64,000 bases of DNA from NCBI GenBank assembly GCA_049516875.1, contig JBEKSS010000011.1, forward strand, positions 1 to 64,000. Direction: 5' to 3'. The position numbers and the translations under genes are program-made. The number at the start of each line of letters is the position of its first letter. Position 1 is the first letter of the stretch. Origin of the DNA: Candidatus Bathyarchaeia archaeon. Its GTDB lineage: Archaea > Thermoproteota > Bathyarchaeia > Bathyarchaeales > Bathycorpusculaceae. The notes beneath the pieces were generated by a model. That model made no database searches, was not told where the DNA came from, and worked only from the letters and a program-made list of their open reading frames with translations. Shown here in pieces: positions 63,441-64,000 of this stretch.

Positions 63441-63818
63441 TTAGGTGAGCTTCACTTTCACTAATGCTTCTTCTTTCGTGATGGCGCTTGCGCTTTTCCA
63501 TCCACACCATGGACACTGATCATCGAGGAGTTGCTCTTTCTCCACGATTTTGTTGCATTGTGGACACCGTTCGTTGTCTTTTGTGGCTTCTTTCCACGCT
63601 TTTGTCTCTAGGTTTGTGCCAGATGGAAACTCTAAACCATATCTTGCTGCAGTCTCGAAAGAGGCTAACGCAGCTCTTATTTTGATTCCAAGTAGTTCAA
63701 CGCCGGCAACAGATACGGCGATGTCAGCATTGATGACTAACCCTTTGTCTAGAATCCTGTCTATGGCATCTGCCAAACCTCCAGAAGAATTTTCCTTCTG
63801 AGGCGTTAATGTTGTCAT
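63441..63818 (-). CDS. gvpJ: GvpA/J-family protein with C-terminal zinc finger
   Basis: LADAIDRILDKGLVINADIAVSVAGVELL...ASFETA; CPQC...CPWC. Confidence 0.85.
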   Translation of the reverse strand: MTTLTPQKENSSGGLADAIDRILDKGLVINADIAVSVAGVELLGIKIRAALASFETAARYGLEFPSGTNLETKAWKEATKDNERCPQCNKIVEKEQLLDDQCPWCGWKSASAITKEEALVKVKLT

Positions 63819-64000
63819 CTCTTCTTCCCCGACGGATCTAAGGTTCACCATATAGCATGGGTCTCCATATCTCTTGAAATTCTGTGATCTGAATCAATTT
63901 TAGGCGTTTTTCTGCTTGGCCTAAGGTACACAATAGCGTTAACCTCGGTTTCTACGTTGTGTGATTTCAATGTACATAAGCAATATTCAAAAACCCGATA

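Overview
Archaeal chromosome segment; gene content and style suggest TACK, probably Bathyarchaeia (inference, not verified). Housekeeping genes: 2-oxoacid:ferredoxin oxidoreductase alpha/beta, DUF35-HMG-CoA synthase plus thiolase-like protein, aIF1, TFB, tRNA-Gln, FKBP PPIase, egsA, psmB, aCPSF1, sepF, Lsm and rpl37e. Four accessory blocks interrupt them. (1) A 6998-bp rolling-circle-type element sits in the alpha/beta gene overlap between 17-bp direct repeats. Integration splits its own integrase gene, rebuilds the host C-terminus with synonymous codons, and the element carries GmrSD-like and DUF2130 nuclease cargo. (2) An island of about 27 kb starting at a second tyrosine recombinase encodes at least seven secreted proteins ending in dockerin-like tails, two of which also carry an N-terminal cohesin-like domain; no glycoside hydrolases were recognised. 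(3) Arrays of small orphan genes are punctuated by alternating (CG)4-5 runs, which also mark the breakpoints of truncated genes. (4) A gas-vesicle cluster is fused or linked to its own Hsp70, J-domain and Hsp20 chaperones. Also seen: a tRNA intron at the unusual position 10/11, a thiolase lacking its catalytic residues, and a palindrome-rich 190-bp repeat in two inverted copies. All family calls come from motif recognition by eye; no database searches were run.
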